From Lytechinus pictus (taxonomy: Eukaryota), in assembly GCF_037042905.1 (NCBI RefSeq), contig NC_087245.1, positions 5,582,001 to 5,646,000 on the forward strand: a DNA stretch of 64,000 bases, written 5' to 3'. Made by a program: the position numbers and the translations under genes. The notes below the pieces were generated by a model that saw only the letters and a list, made by a program, of their open reading frames with translations, was not told where the DNA came from and did not search any database. Shown piece after piece: positions 26,406 to 38,386 of the stretch (positions are counted from its first letter, which is position 1; every line of letters begins with the position of its first letter).

Positions 26406-29400
26406 AATAATAATAATGGGTATTTAGAGGCGCTAAAAACAAAACGTACCATAGCGCGTACAATGTAGGAATAACAATTCAACATTTGCAATAATTACTA
26501 CAATATTCAACATAAGAAGGGAAATTAATTATTGAGGAAAAAGGTATGTCTTAAGGGAAGATTTGAAGCCAAGAACACTGGAAGCATTTCTTATTGAAAG
26601 AGTGATAGTATTCCAAGTCTTGGCAGCTGCTACAGCAAACCGTTTTTCGGCAGAGGAGAGTTTTGACAAGGGAATGCAAAGTCTGCATGTGTCAGTGATT
26701 GAACGAAGATTACGAGAGGGTGTGTATAATTTGATGGTATTATTAAGATATTTAGGTGCTAGATGATTTAGAGTTTTGTATACATATAAACAGACTTTAA
26801 ACTGAATACGTTGGAATAGAGGTAGCCAGTGGAGTTCCTTAAGTAGGGGTGTAGTGTGAGTTCGGGATCCAAAGCCAAAAATTAATCGAGCGGCACGATT
26901 CTGAATAACCTCAAGTTTTCTTCTATCTCTAGCTGACAAAACAATATATAAACTATTACAGTAATCTAACCGAGAAAGAATAAGTGCTCGCACAGCATGG
27001 TGACATGTCTTAAGATCAATGAATCTACGAATCCTCCACAAATTGCTGAGATGATAATTACAATTACGGACAACCTGATTTACTTGAGCAGACAGTGTGA
27101 ACATGTTATCAATGCATACTCCAAGAACAGTAGTTTTAGTGGAGATGGGGATGCATTGACCATTAACATTAAGCTGAATATGTGATATTGATTGCAGATG
27201 GCGGGCAGAAGAACAGAGAGCTATGAATTCAGTTTTGCTATTATTCAGCTGGAGATAATTAGATGACATCCACCTACTTATTTCTGAAATACAAAGAGAG
27301 GTTTTCTCAAGTGTTTTATTTATGTTATCAAAAGAGCGCGGGTCAAAGGAACAATACAGTTGTACATCATCTGCATAACAAATATACTGTAGACCATGTT
27401 TATTGATAATGTCAGAGATGGGAGTGATATACAAACTAAACAGAATCGGCCCGAGAACTGACCCTTGGGGTACCCCAAACTCAGTGACCCACGGGTCAGA
27501 CAACTCTCCGGCTATGCTTACCCTAGATGACCAACCAGTCAGGTAAGACTTAAACCATTTAAGAGCTAGACCAGATATGCGAAATCGAGATTTTAAGCGA
27601 TTCAGTAGTATGGTATGATCCATAGTGTCAAAAGCTGCACTTAGGTCCAATGAGACTAAGAAAACACACTTATGCTGATCAAAATATGACAGAACATCAT
27701 TCTGCAATTTCAAAAGGGCTGTCTCAGTGCTGAAATAGGATCTATATGCTGACTGCATTGGATCGTATAAACCATTATCATTTACGTGTTCTGTTAGTTG
27801 AATTGATACTACCTTTTCTATCACTTTAGCAATATGTGAAATATTACTAACAGGCCTATAATTACATAATGTGTCTTTATTCAGGTTGTTTTTCTTGATT
27901 ATTGGTGTAACTATAGCCTGATGAACACCATCTGGAAATGTACCCGATGATAATGAGCTGTTTACAATAGAGGTCAGAGCAGGAATATTGCTATTGACAA
28001 GTTTTTTCAAAAGCCAAGTAGGTTGAGAATCTGTTAAAGAAGTGGCATTAGACATATTGCTCACAATGCGTTTGATATTATCCTCACTGACAACCTCAAA
28101 ACAATTCAACATACTTTCATGAAAAGAACTGACTTCCTGACTATCTACACTTCTTGGTTCAGGTGTATTTGTGACATTGTTGCGGATATCACTTATCTTC
28201 TTGACAAAGAACAAAGAAAAACGATTTGCTAGATCAAGAGGATTATCATACACAGGGAGAAATTTAACATTCTTGTGGAGCAGATTATTAACAACATTAA
28301 AAACTGTTTTGACATTGGCTTTACAGAGTAACTCCGTATAGTATTTTTGCTTAGCCTTAACTATGAGGTCGTTAACATGCTTGTTAGCTAGCCTAAAAGA
28401 TGTGTGATCAGTGTCTGAAGAACTTTTGATCCATTTCCGTTCAATCCGTCTTCTTTCTCGACGCGCAGTAAGGATTTCCTCGTTGAACCAAGGATTGCGA
28501 ACCCTTGTGGAGCGGAGACATGATTTCTGAGGAGCAAACTCATTAACGCAGGCTGCTACAGATGTGTTATATGCAGTAAGAACTGAATCAACATCACCAG
28601 CCGAGGACAAGTCATTAAGTTTGTCAATCAGTGCCTCACTAAATCCTTCGATGTCCATTTCCTTGAAGTTCCTGAAAGTCCGCTTAACTTTCTTCACCGC
28701 CGGCTGAGGATACCTGAGTACAAATCGGATGCAGTGATGATCAGACAAGAGACTATGATGAATGACAATGTCTTCAATGATGCAGCCATGACGGGTAGGA
28801 CAGATGTCTGCAGAGGATTGTCCTTGATGATAACTACTATCTCTGGTCATTACAAGGTCCAAAGTGTGACCCATGTTCTGGGTAGCTGTAACATGCTGTA
28901 ACATGTTGAACCAAGCTTGCAGATTCTATGATGGATAGGAACTGAGCTACATCAGACTTTGACGGTTTATCGACGTGAATGTTAAAGTCCCCAAGAAGAA
29001 GAACTCGCCCAGCCAATCGTGATATCTCAGCAGTAAGATCATCAAATTCTTGAAGATCAAGTCTGCTGTACGGAGCTGATTCTGCACAGAAGGTGGTGGT
29101 CGGTAGACTACCAAGAAATGCAATTGACCTCCATTGCTAACAACGTGTGCTAGCTCAAATGTAGAATAAGTCAGAGAGTCATCCATTTTCAGCTGTAGTT
29201 GAAGTGGAGACTTAAAAATAACCGCGATGCCGCCATGAGGATCTGTTGGTCTTGGAGCATTCACAACCGCATATCCAGCTGGTAGGCATTCTGCGATGAC
29301 GACTGGATCTTCTGCTCGAAGCCATGTTTCTGTTATAATCATTACATCAATATTGTGTTCAGAAATATAATCATTGAGTAGGAATGTCTTATTACGTACA

Positions 29401-30340
29401 GAGTGAGCATTCCATAAACATATCTTTAAACAGGACTCATGAACCTTTTTATTATTGGTATCAATTAACAACAATCAAGTTATGATGATTAATTCCCTGC
29501 ACAGAAGATTTGTTTATCAGACTAAACTGAGAGATACCAGTAAGTACTGGGATTCTACGTTGCTTTCTACAACCTCCCCGTTTCCCACGATGAGCTTTCC
29601 TTTTTAGTTTACGATTTATTCCTAACCTCTTAATATTTATCAAAACATCAGGATGGAGGAAATGGTGTTGTAGTTTAATGGGTAAAACATTACATTGGAA
29701 AAGATCAAGTCTAGTGTAAGATTTACCAACTACATCATGAACAATATGTCTGTCATCTGTGAGTGCTTGTGTACAATTCTTAGAGAACAGAGGTCCAGGA
29801 TTTGGACTGACATCACCAGATATAAGTATTCTCAACCTAAAAGTGGCATTCGAGTTGGAATAGTACAACATATGTGATCCAATAACTTTCACTTTGGATG
29901 GTGATATTACACTACAAGGTCTATACTGTAATACTACATGACAATCAACAACATGTACACTGGCCAGTGTAAGAACCATAACAAAGGTGACAACCCTGAT
30001 AATCTCCATTGTTAAACCAAATCACATTCATGGACAGATAAAGAAAGAATGACACGGATGGTTGACATTGAATAGTCAAGTACATTGAAAGAAACACAGT
30101 ATGGCAGCAAGTACAAACTCACCTAACATGTACAGCATAGGTATATGCAAAAAATCAAAGTCAATCACTGACAATACAATATATCAAAATCACTCAAAAC
30201 TTGTCTAGCAGCTTCTATGACATACAAAGACTCATTTATATACAAAAGATAAGGTAACATAAATAAATAACACAATTAATCTTAATGCAAAGACAGAGCA
30301 AAAGAGAGTCGCCAGCTAAGCGCACACCTCTGATTCTCTG
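26406..30340 (-). mobile_element. Apparently full-length L2/CR1-group retrotransposon, copy 2
   Basis: Reverse complement of copy 1; open 791-aa RT-containing ORF (28904-26529, YADD intact); three small indels at about 29465, 29058 and 28895; 7-bp TSD AGACATT (26399-26405 and 30341-30347). Confidence 0.95.
26529..28904 (-). CDS. Retrotransposon reverse transcriptase ORF (APE C-terminal part plus RT)
   Basis: HTLDLV, SDH, NYRPVSN, DLSAAFD, GVPQGSVLGP, YADD, LHWLP motifs. Confidence 0.85.
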   Translation of the reverse strand: MLQHVTATQNMGHTLDLVMTRDSSYHQGQSSADICPTRHGCIIEDIVIHHSLLSDHHCIRFVLRYPQPAVKKVKRTFRNFKEMDIEGFSEALIDKLNDLSSAGDVDSVLTAYNTSVAACVNEFAPQKSCLRSTRVRNPWFNEEILTARRERRRIERKWIKSSSDTDHTSFRLANKHVNDLIVKAKQKYYTELLCKANVKTVFNVVNNLLHKNVKFLPVYDNPLDLANRFSLFFVKKISDIRNNVTNTPEPRSVDSQEVSSFHESMLNCFEVVSEDNIKRIVSNMSNATSLTDSQPTWLLKKLVNSNIPALTSIVNSSLSSGTFPDGVHQAIVTPIIKKNNLNKDTLCNYRPVSNISHIAKVIEKVVSIQLTEHVNDNGLYDPMQSAYRSYFSTETALLKLQNDVLSYFDQHKCVFLVSLDLSAAFDTMDHTILLNRLKSRFRISGLALKWFKSYLTGWSSRVSIAGELSDPWVTEFGVPQGSVLGPILFSLYITPISDIINKHGLQYICYADDVQLYCSFDPRSFDNINKTLEKTSLCISEISRWMSSNYLQLNNSKTEFIALCSSARHLQSISHIQLNVNGQCIPISTKTTVLGVCIDNMFTLSAQVNQVVRNCNYHLSNLWRIRRFIDLKTCHHAVRALILSRLDYCNSLYIVLSARDRRKLEVIQNRAARLIFGFGSRTHTTPLLKELHWLPLFQRIQFKVCLYVYKTLNHLAPKYLNNTIKLYTPSRNLRSITDTCRLCIPLSKLSSAEKRFAVAAAKTWNTITLSIRNASSVLGFKSSLKTYLFPQ

Positions 30341-30929
30341 AGACATTTTAACATAAATTTTTCAAGAAATTTAATTCTAACATGATTACAGATTTTCTAA
30401 CTTCAAAATTCTTCTTTTCTTACGGGTTCATTGAATTTGGTAATTGTCATGATTATAGGATCAGCATCAATTTGTTTTTTATTGGGCATGTATAATATAC
30501 CTTGCAAGTATATTACTTTCTATATACAGGTGTGGGTGTGGGAGCATGTGCGTGTGTTTGTTCCTGAGTACAATTAACAGTTGTGGCAAAAGAAGTTTAT
30601 CAAATGATTCAATGATTAAAGCTTACTATTTGTCTACCATTGATATTATATTTTTAAAGGTCATATCAAACATATACAAAGAAGATGGTTAAAAATACAA
30701 GAACATAAAAAAATATCAAAGAATAATGAAATACATTTAAAAATTGACTTAAATATTAAATTTAAGGGCCAAACATTTATCATAATGATACAAATGCTAT
30801 TTGTACCCAGAATAATATTTTTTAGGAGCAATTATGAAATTATAGCACATTTTTGCAAAATATGCATAAATTTGCATAATTAATTAGCCGCAAACAGAGA
30901 TAACAAATTTTCCTGAATGGTATATGTTA

Positions 30930-32616
30930 GGTGCCAGGTAAAATTGGCAGAGGTAATAATGGCAGAGGTAAAAATGGCAGAGGTGAAAATGGCAGAGGTA
31001 AAAATGGCAGAAGTAAAAATGGCAGAGGTAATATTGGCAGAGGTAAAAATGGCAGAGGTAAAAATGGCAGGGGTAAAAATGGCAGATGTAAAAATGGCAG
31101 AGGTAATAATGGCAGAGGTGAAATGGCAGGGGTTATAACGGGAGAGGTAAAAATGACAGCTCTAGGTAAAATATGGCCAGTCTTAAACCCCCATGCAATG
31201 AATTGTCAAAAAGCCCCCGCGTGTAAAATCCTGAAGATTTTTCCACATTTTAACATTGGTACAGATCCATTTAAGCAAATGACGACATAACTGTCGAAAA
31301 ATATTTACGCTTGAGTGAGCACCACTTACTTTTGAAAAGTTATTGAAAAATGGGGTGCTGGTTTGTTAAAAAGCCGAGAAAAAAAGTTTTCAATCCAAAA
31401 TTAAAGGGGATTTGGTTAAGGGGGAAAATGACACAAAAATTCTTTCAACTAAATGAAGTTCTTTTAGGTCAGAAAACGAATTACAACAAAAATAATAACA
31501 ATTAGATAATAAACAATGTTTTTTCTTCTGTTTGAAAAATAAGAGATTTGTATCAAATCTATACATTTTAGCATACCAAGCTAATTACCAAGAGGGTGCT
31601 GCTTATGGTGTACAAAATACCCAACAGTACTTCCGCTTCCAAGGGTTATGACCATCAAGGCGTTTATATCATATTGGATGCAGTGGTTAAGGTTCAGGGT
31701 CTTCTTTTATGCAAAGAATCTGAACCAGACGGTCCCCCTCGATCGACCCCAAATTGGTTTACCAGTCAAAACAGGATTATTATTGATTTTCATAATCAGT
31801 TACATATTCAGTGCCAAGCCTGGGAACGCATGCTTATTGTCATTCAAATATTTAAAAAGAATAGTACAGATGACATTACAAATAAGGACATAATATTTAA
31901 CCACAATCATCCGTGACAATTTCAACGTCTAAGCTTTCCCCGCTATGTTCTCTGTGTTTTTCTCCGCCCCCGTAACCCTCTCTGTCTCACCACCTCTCTT
32001 ATGTATACTCTTCCTCCTTTTTGCATCGGTAAACCTGGCAAAACTTTAGATATAAAAAACCAGCCAGACAAAAAGGAATGTTATGAAATGATGAATGAGA
32101 ATAGTGCAGTTTCATTTTTCTCCTGATAAATTGAATGAAAAAAATCTGTCGTTTGATTTCTTTTTAAAAAGCGTTCACGGTACACCTCCAACGAATTCGT
32201 AAATAGCATTGTTAGGCCGATGAAGACATAATGATGATGAAATGCCTAACCGTGACATGCACTTCTTATTTAATGTATGTACATGCGGGGGCTTTTTGAC
32301 AATTTATTGCATGGGGGTTTAAGACTGGCCATATTTTACCTAGAGCTGTCATTTTTACCTCTCCCATTATAACCCCTGCCATTTTACCTCTGGCATTATT
32401 ACCTCTGCCATTTTTTTTACCTTTGCCATTTTTACCTCTGCCATTATTACCTCTGCCATTTTTACTTCTGCCATTTTTGCCTCTGCCATTTTTACCTCTG
32501 CCATTTTTACCTCTACCATTTTTACCTCTGCCATTTTTTTTAACCTCTGCATGCCATTTTTACCTCTGCCATTATTGCCTCTGCCATGTTTACCTCTGCC
32601 ATTTTTACACCGAGCC
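30930..32616. mobile_element. Non-autonomous MULE/Foldback-like element with 15-bp tandem arrays in its TIRs
   Basis: 8-bp TSD ATATGTTA (30922-30929 and 32617-32624); GG..CC ends; (AGGTAAAAATGGCAG)n on the left and its reverse complement on the right; inserted into the right TIR of 20443-32878. Confidence 0.8.
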
Positions 32617-32989
32617 ATATGTTATGTATGCAGGATTTTGCAGTATCCATATCGGTGAAAGCGAATATTATAAAAGAATATTGTAGAAATAAGATTATAA
32701 ATAGTCAATTTGGCAGCCATTTTGTTTATGCAAATTAGGTGGTAAAAACATGAAAAATTGGCTTGGGAACCGGTCTCATCAGATTCAGCACATTCAAATT
32801 AGGTGAAAAAGACCGGTTCCCAACTTTTACCCCAAAATGCTTCTTTAACTCAAATTTTCCCCATATTGGTCTTGTCTAATACGTAAGCACGCGCAGAATA
32901 TAGATACGTACACCCATCCGAACTATACGTAACTGATCCGCACACTTAATTATCATTAAGTAATATTAAAGTTTTGATATATTCAAATG

Positions 32990-33870
32990 GGCTTAATAAC
33001 TTTTTTTTACAAGTTTATAGCCGCTTTTGTCACTTTCGAAGGATACTACCGAAACAAATATTCATTGTAACTTTCTTGGTTATTATTCTATCACAATCTG
33101 CTATAATAGCTGTCGAATTGAAAAAAGATGTTTTGCAAAAATCCTTAAAAGATTTTCAGATTTTCATTGTCAAGAGGAAACTGGCATGAATTACAAGGTA
33201 ACGAAAGGATGTACATTTATTTATGAAATATGTGTTGAGAAAAGCTTAAAAGCTCATATTTCACAAAATAAATGGAGGAACATTTTTTCAAAACCAGTTG
33301 TTACTTTGGAAAAAAATTATATGGTTCCTTTTAAATGTTCTTTGTCAAGAACATTAATGTATTAACAATATAAAATTATTCATAATATCCTTGGTGTTAA
33401 CAAGTATCTAAAAACTGTAGGTATATTACATTCTGATTTGTGCTTCTTTTGTTCAAAACAGTCTGAATCTATTGCCCATTTATTTTGGGAATGCCCATTC
33501 ACTCGTCGATTTTTAAATGATTATGAAAAATTCACTCTCAAAAGCGGAATAATGTTTTTGTATTTGGTACACCATGTGGAGATTATTCTTCTTTTAGTTT
33601 TGATATTTTATATGATAAATTTTCAACTAGGTATTTAAATGGTTATTTCTCGTTTTCATCATTTTCAAAGAAATTAAAATATCAGCATGAGCATGAGAAC
33701 GCATTATGAACACGCAACAAAATAAGTTTATTGTTCATCTTGATGGGTCGAGGCATTTAATCTTTTTTTCCCTATATTTTGTTTGCTATACATGTATAAT
33801 ATTGTTTGTAATGCACTTTGCACTTGGTTTTTATGATTCGTGGAGATATACTGAATAAAGACTTTCTTTG
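32990..33870 (+). mobile_element. Degenerate 3' end of an L1/Tx1-type LINE
   Basis: QYKIIHNILGVNKYL...CFFCSKQSESIAHLFWECP is a zf-RVT-like motif; AATAAA near 33854. Confidence 0.65.
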
Positions 33871-34809
33871 ACCCCCCCAGCAAGCACATTAAGGTAAACA
33901 TTTAATTATAAAAACAAAACATTCTAGCTCTCAGACTTGATGAAATGCGACTGAAGCAAATTCCGATCCACGTGGGTTTATATATACGGATGGTGCGGAC
34001 GCCAGAGGACGCCGACACGGCGCAGACACGAGCGTAAATTATCCGTATCGTCCGTAAGTCATCCGTTGCATCCGCAAGTCGTCGGTTACATGTGTCAGAG
34101 GGTTAGCAGCGGATGGGCTTATCCACAGGTTTTACCCGTAATATCCGTAATTCATACGTAACATCCATAACTAATCCGTATCGACCGCAGAAAATAGGTA
34201 ACTTTTGCACAAATTTCCGTTATTGGGGGAAAAAATTACGCATTTTCATTACCCAAATATACGCAAGCATCCGCAGGTCCGTAACACGGCCGTGCATGTG
34301 ACCTAAGCATTAATATAGCACATTGACTATTGTTTGGGCTAGTGTCAAATGCCAATGGTTATGAACGCTTAGTACTCTTCAGCTTGGATATGATCAAAAG
34401 AATATTTAAAAAGGAATATATAAATAATCATCAATAAGAAATGCTTATGTCAGTGAATATGAAAACCACCTAGATCGTGGTTTATCTCAAATGACCTTTT
34501 ACTGCTCACACAAGTGCACGGGAAAGATGGGCTGAAATATTGTTAAGTCAAAAGAAACTGGGATCAATTACCGGAATATCACTCTATTGTATTTCCTTAT
34601 TCTGGTGCATATGCAGATTTTCATTTGCTAACCTCACAATGCCCTCAACATTAACCAACATCCCGATCATCTTTATTTTTATTATCAAGCATGAAATATG
34701 ATCCAACTACAAATGTCATCTCTTCTAATGACCAGATTCACGGTTGAATTTAGATTGCAATATAATGAATCTAAATTATCGCACGAATTAAGTTGTATTG
34801 ATCTTTTAC

Positions 34810-35017
34810 CTTTTTGGTTGGAGCGCTCCGTTTGGTTATTGTAAGGATACTCAATCGCATCAACACTGTCGTCACTTTTCAAAAGTCTGCTCCCTTTCTG
34901 AGAAAAATGTGTCCTGATCGGAGTGTTAATATTGAAAAGTAAAAGGAAGATTGTCATGGCTGCCATAGATGCCAATCCACAGAGTTTTCTCTTCCAATGC
35001 CGCATTATTACCTTCAT
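34810..35017 (-). CDS. Predicted first coding exon of WSCD-family-like sulfotransferase (basic N-terminus, type II transmembrane anchor, stem)
   Basis: MKVIMRHWKRKLCGLASMAAMTIFLLLFNIN... is a Golgi type II anchor pattern. It ends at the donor AAAG|GTAAAA in phase 1, matching the phase-1 acceptor at 4022. The link across 30.8 kb is inferred. Confidence 0.6.
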
Positions 35018-36032
35018 GAACAAATGAATATATGTTTAGCGATTACAATACAGTGCCCCTCCAACGCTTTGTCTCCTCGGGTCACGGTCCGCCACTACGG
35101 ATAGCCGAAGAATGGTTTCAAGTTTGAACTTGCCATATGTGGGCATGCATTCAGTATTCTGCTGATGTAAGGTTAAATATAGGCCAAATGCTATTACAGA
35201 GAGCAGTCATATTTATGGATTATGAATACGAATGGTGCTGCAAAAATGTGATATTTATGGAACTCAGTTAATAAAATCAAAGGAAAAAAATGCTATGTGG
35301 GGAGGATAAACAAATGATAAGGTTGTTTATGATTTTAATTAGTAACATATATTCATGAGCCACATGAGATTGATAAAATCATTATTATTGTTATTATCAT
35401 TATTATTATATGATTCACAAAAAATGACAACGGATCCATTTGCACAAAAAGGGTATAAACATGAAGGACCAAAAGAAGAAAATAGGTCCATAATGATAAC
35501 TATTGATAATAAAAAAAACAAAAAAAACACTTAATAGTCATAATTATACATGAGGCCCAATCAACTAACATGGACTTACAATTAAGATTAACAAAAAAGT
35601 TATGGTGTATGAGATGGGGGTCTTGAGTGAAAAATCACCGTACCAAAATGCAACTTTTTGAGAATTTGTATTAAATGATATATACTGGTATATAGCAGAA
35701 AATCAAAGTGACTGTGAGATTTTGAATTGATTAAAGTATCGAAGTCACCAAATAATAATAATAATAAGAGATACACAAAGAGTAACAATTTCAAACGGCA
35801 GAATAAACTCTTCCATGGAAACAGAAAGAAATTCTTTCGTGAGCTGGATTCAAAGATGACTGAGGCGAAAGATGTTCCATCGGCAGGTGATATGAAGAAC
35901 TACTGGAAAGAACATTGGGATAATGATATCACTCACGAAGAAACTCCCTGGATTCAGTCGGAAGCAGACAAAATTAATGGTCCAATGTGCCAGCTCAGCA
36001 GCCAGTAGACCTGACCTTACCTGAGCTATAAG

Positions 36033-38237
36033 CAGGGGCGGATCCAGCCTTTGCCAATAGGGGGGCCCGGAATTTTTTTTCAGCCACATTTTCCCCGATC
36101 GGTCCCTCGAAGTTAATTTTTGTTTGTTTATATAAATATATATATGATTTCTCTTATTGTTTTGTTTTTGCTTTAATTTGCTATTATTTACATTGTTTGT
36201 TCTGTTGCTTATTCTATGATTTGCTTTATTTGTTTTGTTTAGCAAATAAAAACTGAAGAAGGCCAGGGCTGAAAGCTTTACAACATAGTGTATACTTTGC
36301 TTCATCCTTGATTCTTCTCTACTCTTCGCACATAAATTTATATTATAAACAATTATCAAAGCGATTGGTACATATATCCACGCCTCCCTCGTTATATAGA
36401 TATATCATAAACCTTATTTAAAAAGTGCAATCGAGCTTTTTTTATTTTATGTATTTTGTCTTAAAATTTAAAATTTTAGGGCAATGTTTATGATCCTAAA
36501 CGAGATGTGTATCCAACTAAATAATTGCTGCGAGCGCGAAGCGCGAGCAGAAAATTTTAATTTACGTTTTGATCTGTTAACGGCACCTTGTTAGCCATGA
36601 AGACGTTACATATTTCAACTATCAAATAATGCGAGCAAGAAGCGCGAGCTGAAAATTTCAATCTTTTTCACCTAAAGAATGGAAAAGGAAAAGTTTAACT
36701 AAATAATTGATGCGAGCGCGAAGCGTGAGCTGAAAAAAAATCGAGATTTAAACTCGAGATATTTTGTAAATCATGAAAAGGATGAGTTATTGGAAATCTT
36801 CCTACATTAATAATGCGAGCGCAAAGCGCGAGCAGAAAAAAAATTTATTTATTTTTAATATACGTTTTGATCTGATCAAAAAAAGGATCTGTTAACAGCT
36901 GCTTGTTAGCCGTGAAGACGTTACATATTTTAACTATCAAATAGTGTGAGCGCGAAGCGCGAGCTGAAAATTTTGACATTTCTACCTGAAGAATGGAAAT
37001 TCTAAGCACTTTTTGTAATCGTGAAAAGGACAAGTATATAACTAAACGATTGATGCGAGCGCGAAGTGCGAGCAAAAAATTCTTGACATCGCGTATTGTA
37101 AATCATGAAAAGGATGAGTAATTGGAAATTTCCCTACGTTAATAATGCGAGCGCAAAGCGCGAGCAGACAATTCTTTATATTGTGATCTGAAACTGGATA
37201 ATGATTTAAATAGAGAACATTCTGCGGATCTGAATAAACGCGTGTTTCAGATTTCGACCTGGTATTTGGGTATTCTAAATACCTTTCTTATCATGAAAAT
37301 CAATAAAGCGAGTGCAAAGCGCGAACTAAAAATATATGATATTCCCATCTAAAAAAGGGTCAATTTAAGCTCTGTATTTCAAGCACTTTGTGGGTAAATT
37401 GTGAGGTGGATATGGATCACAGTGAAAAAAGAGCTGATATGTTTCATTAATATTACTTTGAGTTTTTATATAGGACCGGGATATTCTATAGGGACATTGT
37501 CATCATATGAAAATGATGACTATCTTCCTATTTCTCTTCTTAAACATGATAGCGCGAAATCTGTTAATATTATGGCCTGAAAACTGGACGTTTAAAGCAC
37601 TTTTGTAATTATGAATAAGATGCATGAGTTGAATATCTTTCAACAATCAATGTGAGCGGAAATCGCGACCCGAAATTTTTGATAAACTGTTATCAAAATT
37701 GGGGATGTTCATAACTCACCCATCAAAGTGCGAGCGTGCAGCGCTAGCTGATAAATTTTGACAATCTGACCCGAATAGGGATATTTTGATAACGTATTAT
37801 GGAATACAGGAAAATAATAGGTACCTGAAAAATCGAATTTTGCGAGCGCGCAGCGCAAGCAGAAAATGTCAATATTTAGACCATAAAACATATATTTTTT
37901 ACAGAGCATATTTTAGAAATCAATTTGTAAATCAAACAAAATAATGAAAGTTCAATTTCCGAGCTGAAATATGTTTTGTATATTGACTTCAAAATTTGAT
38001 ATTTTAAGCTCCACATTGAGTAAGATATGTAAATCACCTATAAAATGCGAGAGCGAAAATTTTATATCCAGACATGAAAGATTTTTAAAATAATTTTCCA
38101 AGTCTTCCCCTCATCTTATTATTTTCACTCGTCTTCCTCCTCTTATGTTTCCCTTTTTTCTTTTTTTTTTCTTTCTTTCCCCCTTTTTTTTTGTTCCGCC
38201 AATATTGGGGGTCCGGGCCCCCCTGGATCCGCCTATG
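36033..38237. mobile_element. Non-autonomous TIR element with 5-bp TSD (hAT-like) containing degenerate tandem repeats
   Basis: ATAAG-CAGGGGCGGATCCAG ... CTGGATCCGCCTATG-ATAAG. Removing it rejoins the R4/Dong coding sequence. Confidence 0.8.
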
Positions 38238-38386
38238 ATAAGGAACACTCATAACTGGAAAAGCCCTGGACCAGATGGTGTACAAAACTTCTGGATAAAG
38301 AGGTTTGGTAGCATCCATACTAATCTAATGAAAATCATCAATGACATTATCAGAGGGAACAGGACTATTGAGAAATGGCTGCCAAT

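Larger units (their letters stand above)
20443..32878. mobile_element. Long-TIR element (arms about 570 bp), Academ-like, carrying further insertions
   Basis: Ends TAGACTAGAGCC / GGTCTTGTCTA with 3-bp TSD ATA. The left arm 20443-21010 pairs with 30610-30929 plus 32617-32878. Confidence 0.75.
18462..34310. mobile_element. Outer non-autonomous TIR element, PIF/Harbinger-like, inflated by nested insertions
   Basis: TA-ATGCTTAGGTCACA ... TGTGACCTAAGCAT-TA. Native ATCCGT/ACGGAT-rich segments remain at 18462-18640, 32880-32950 and 33960-34310. Confidence 0.7.

Noticed and set aside
30917..31290. ORFs with (AEVKM)n or (GRGKN)n repeats, also at 32367-32686
   Set aside because: They are translations of the 15-bp TIR arrays of a TSD-bounded transposon. 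There are no spacers, so this is not CRISPR either.
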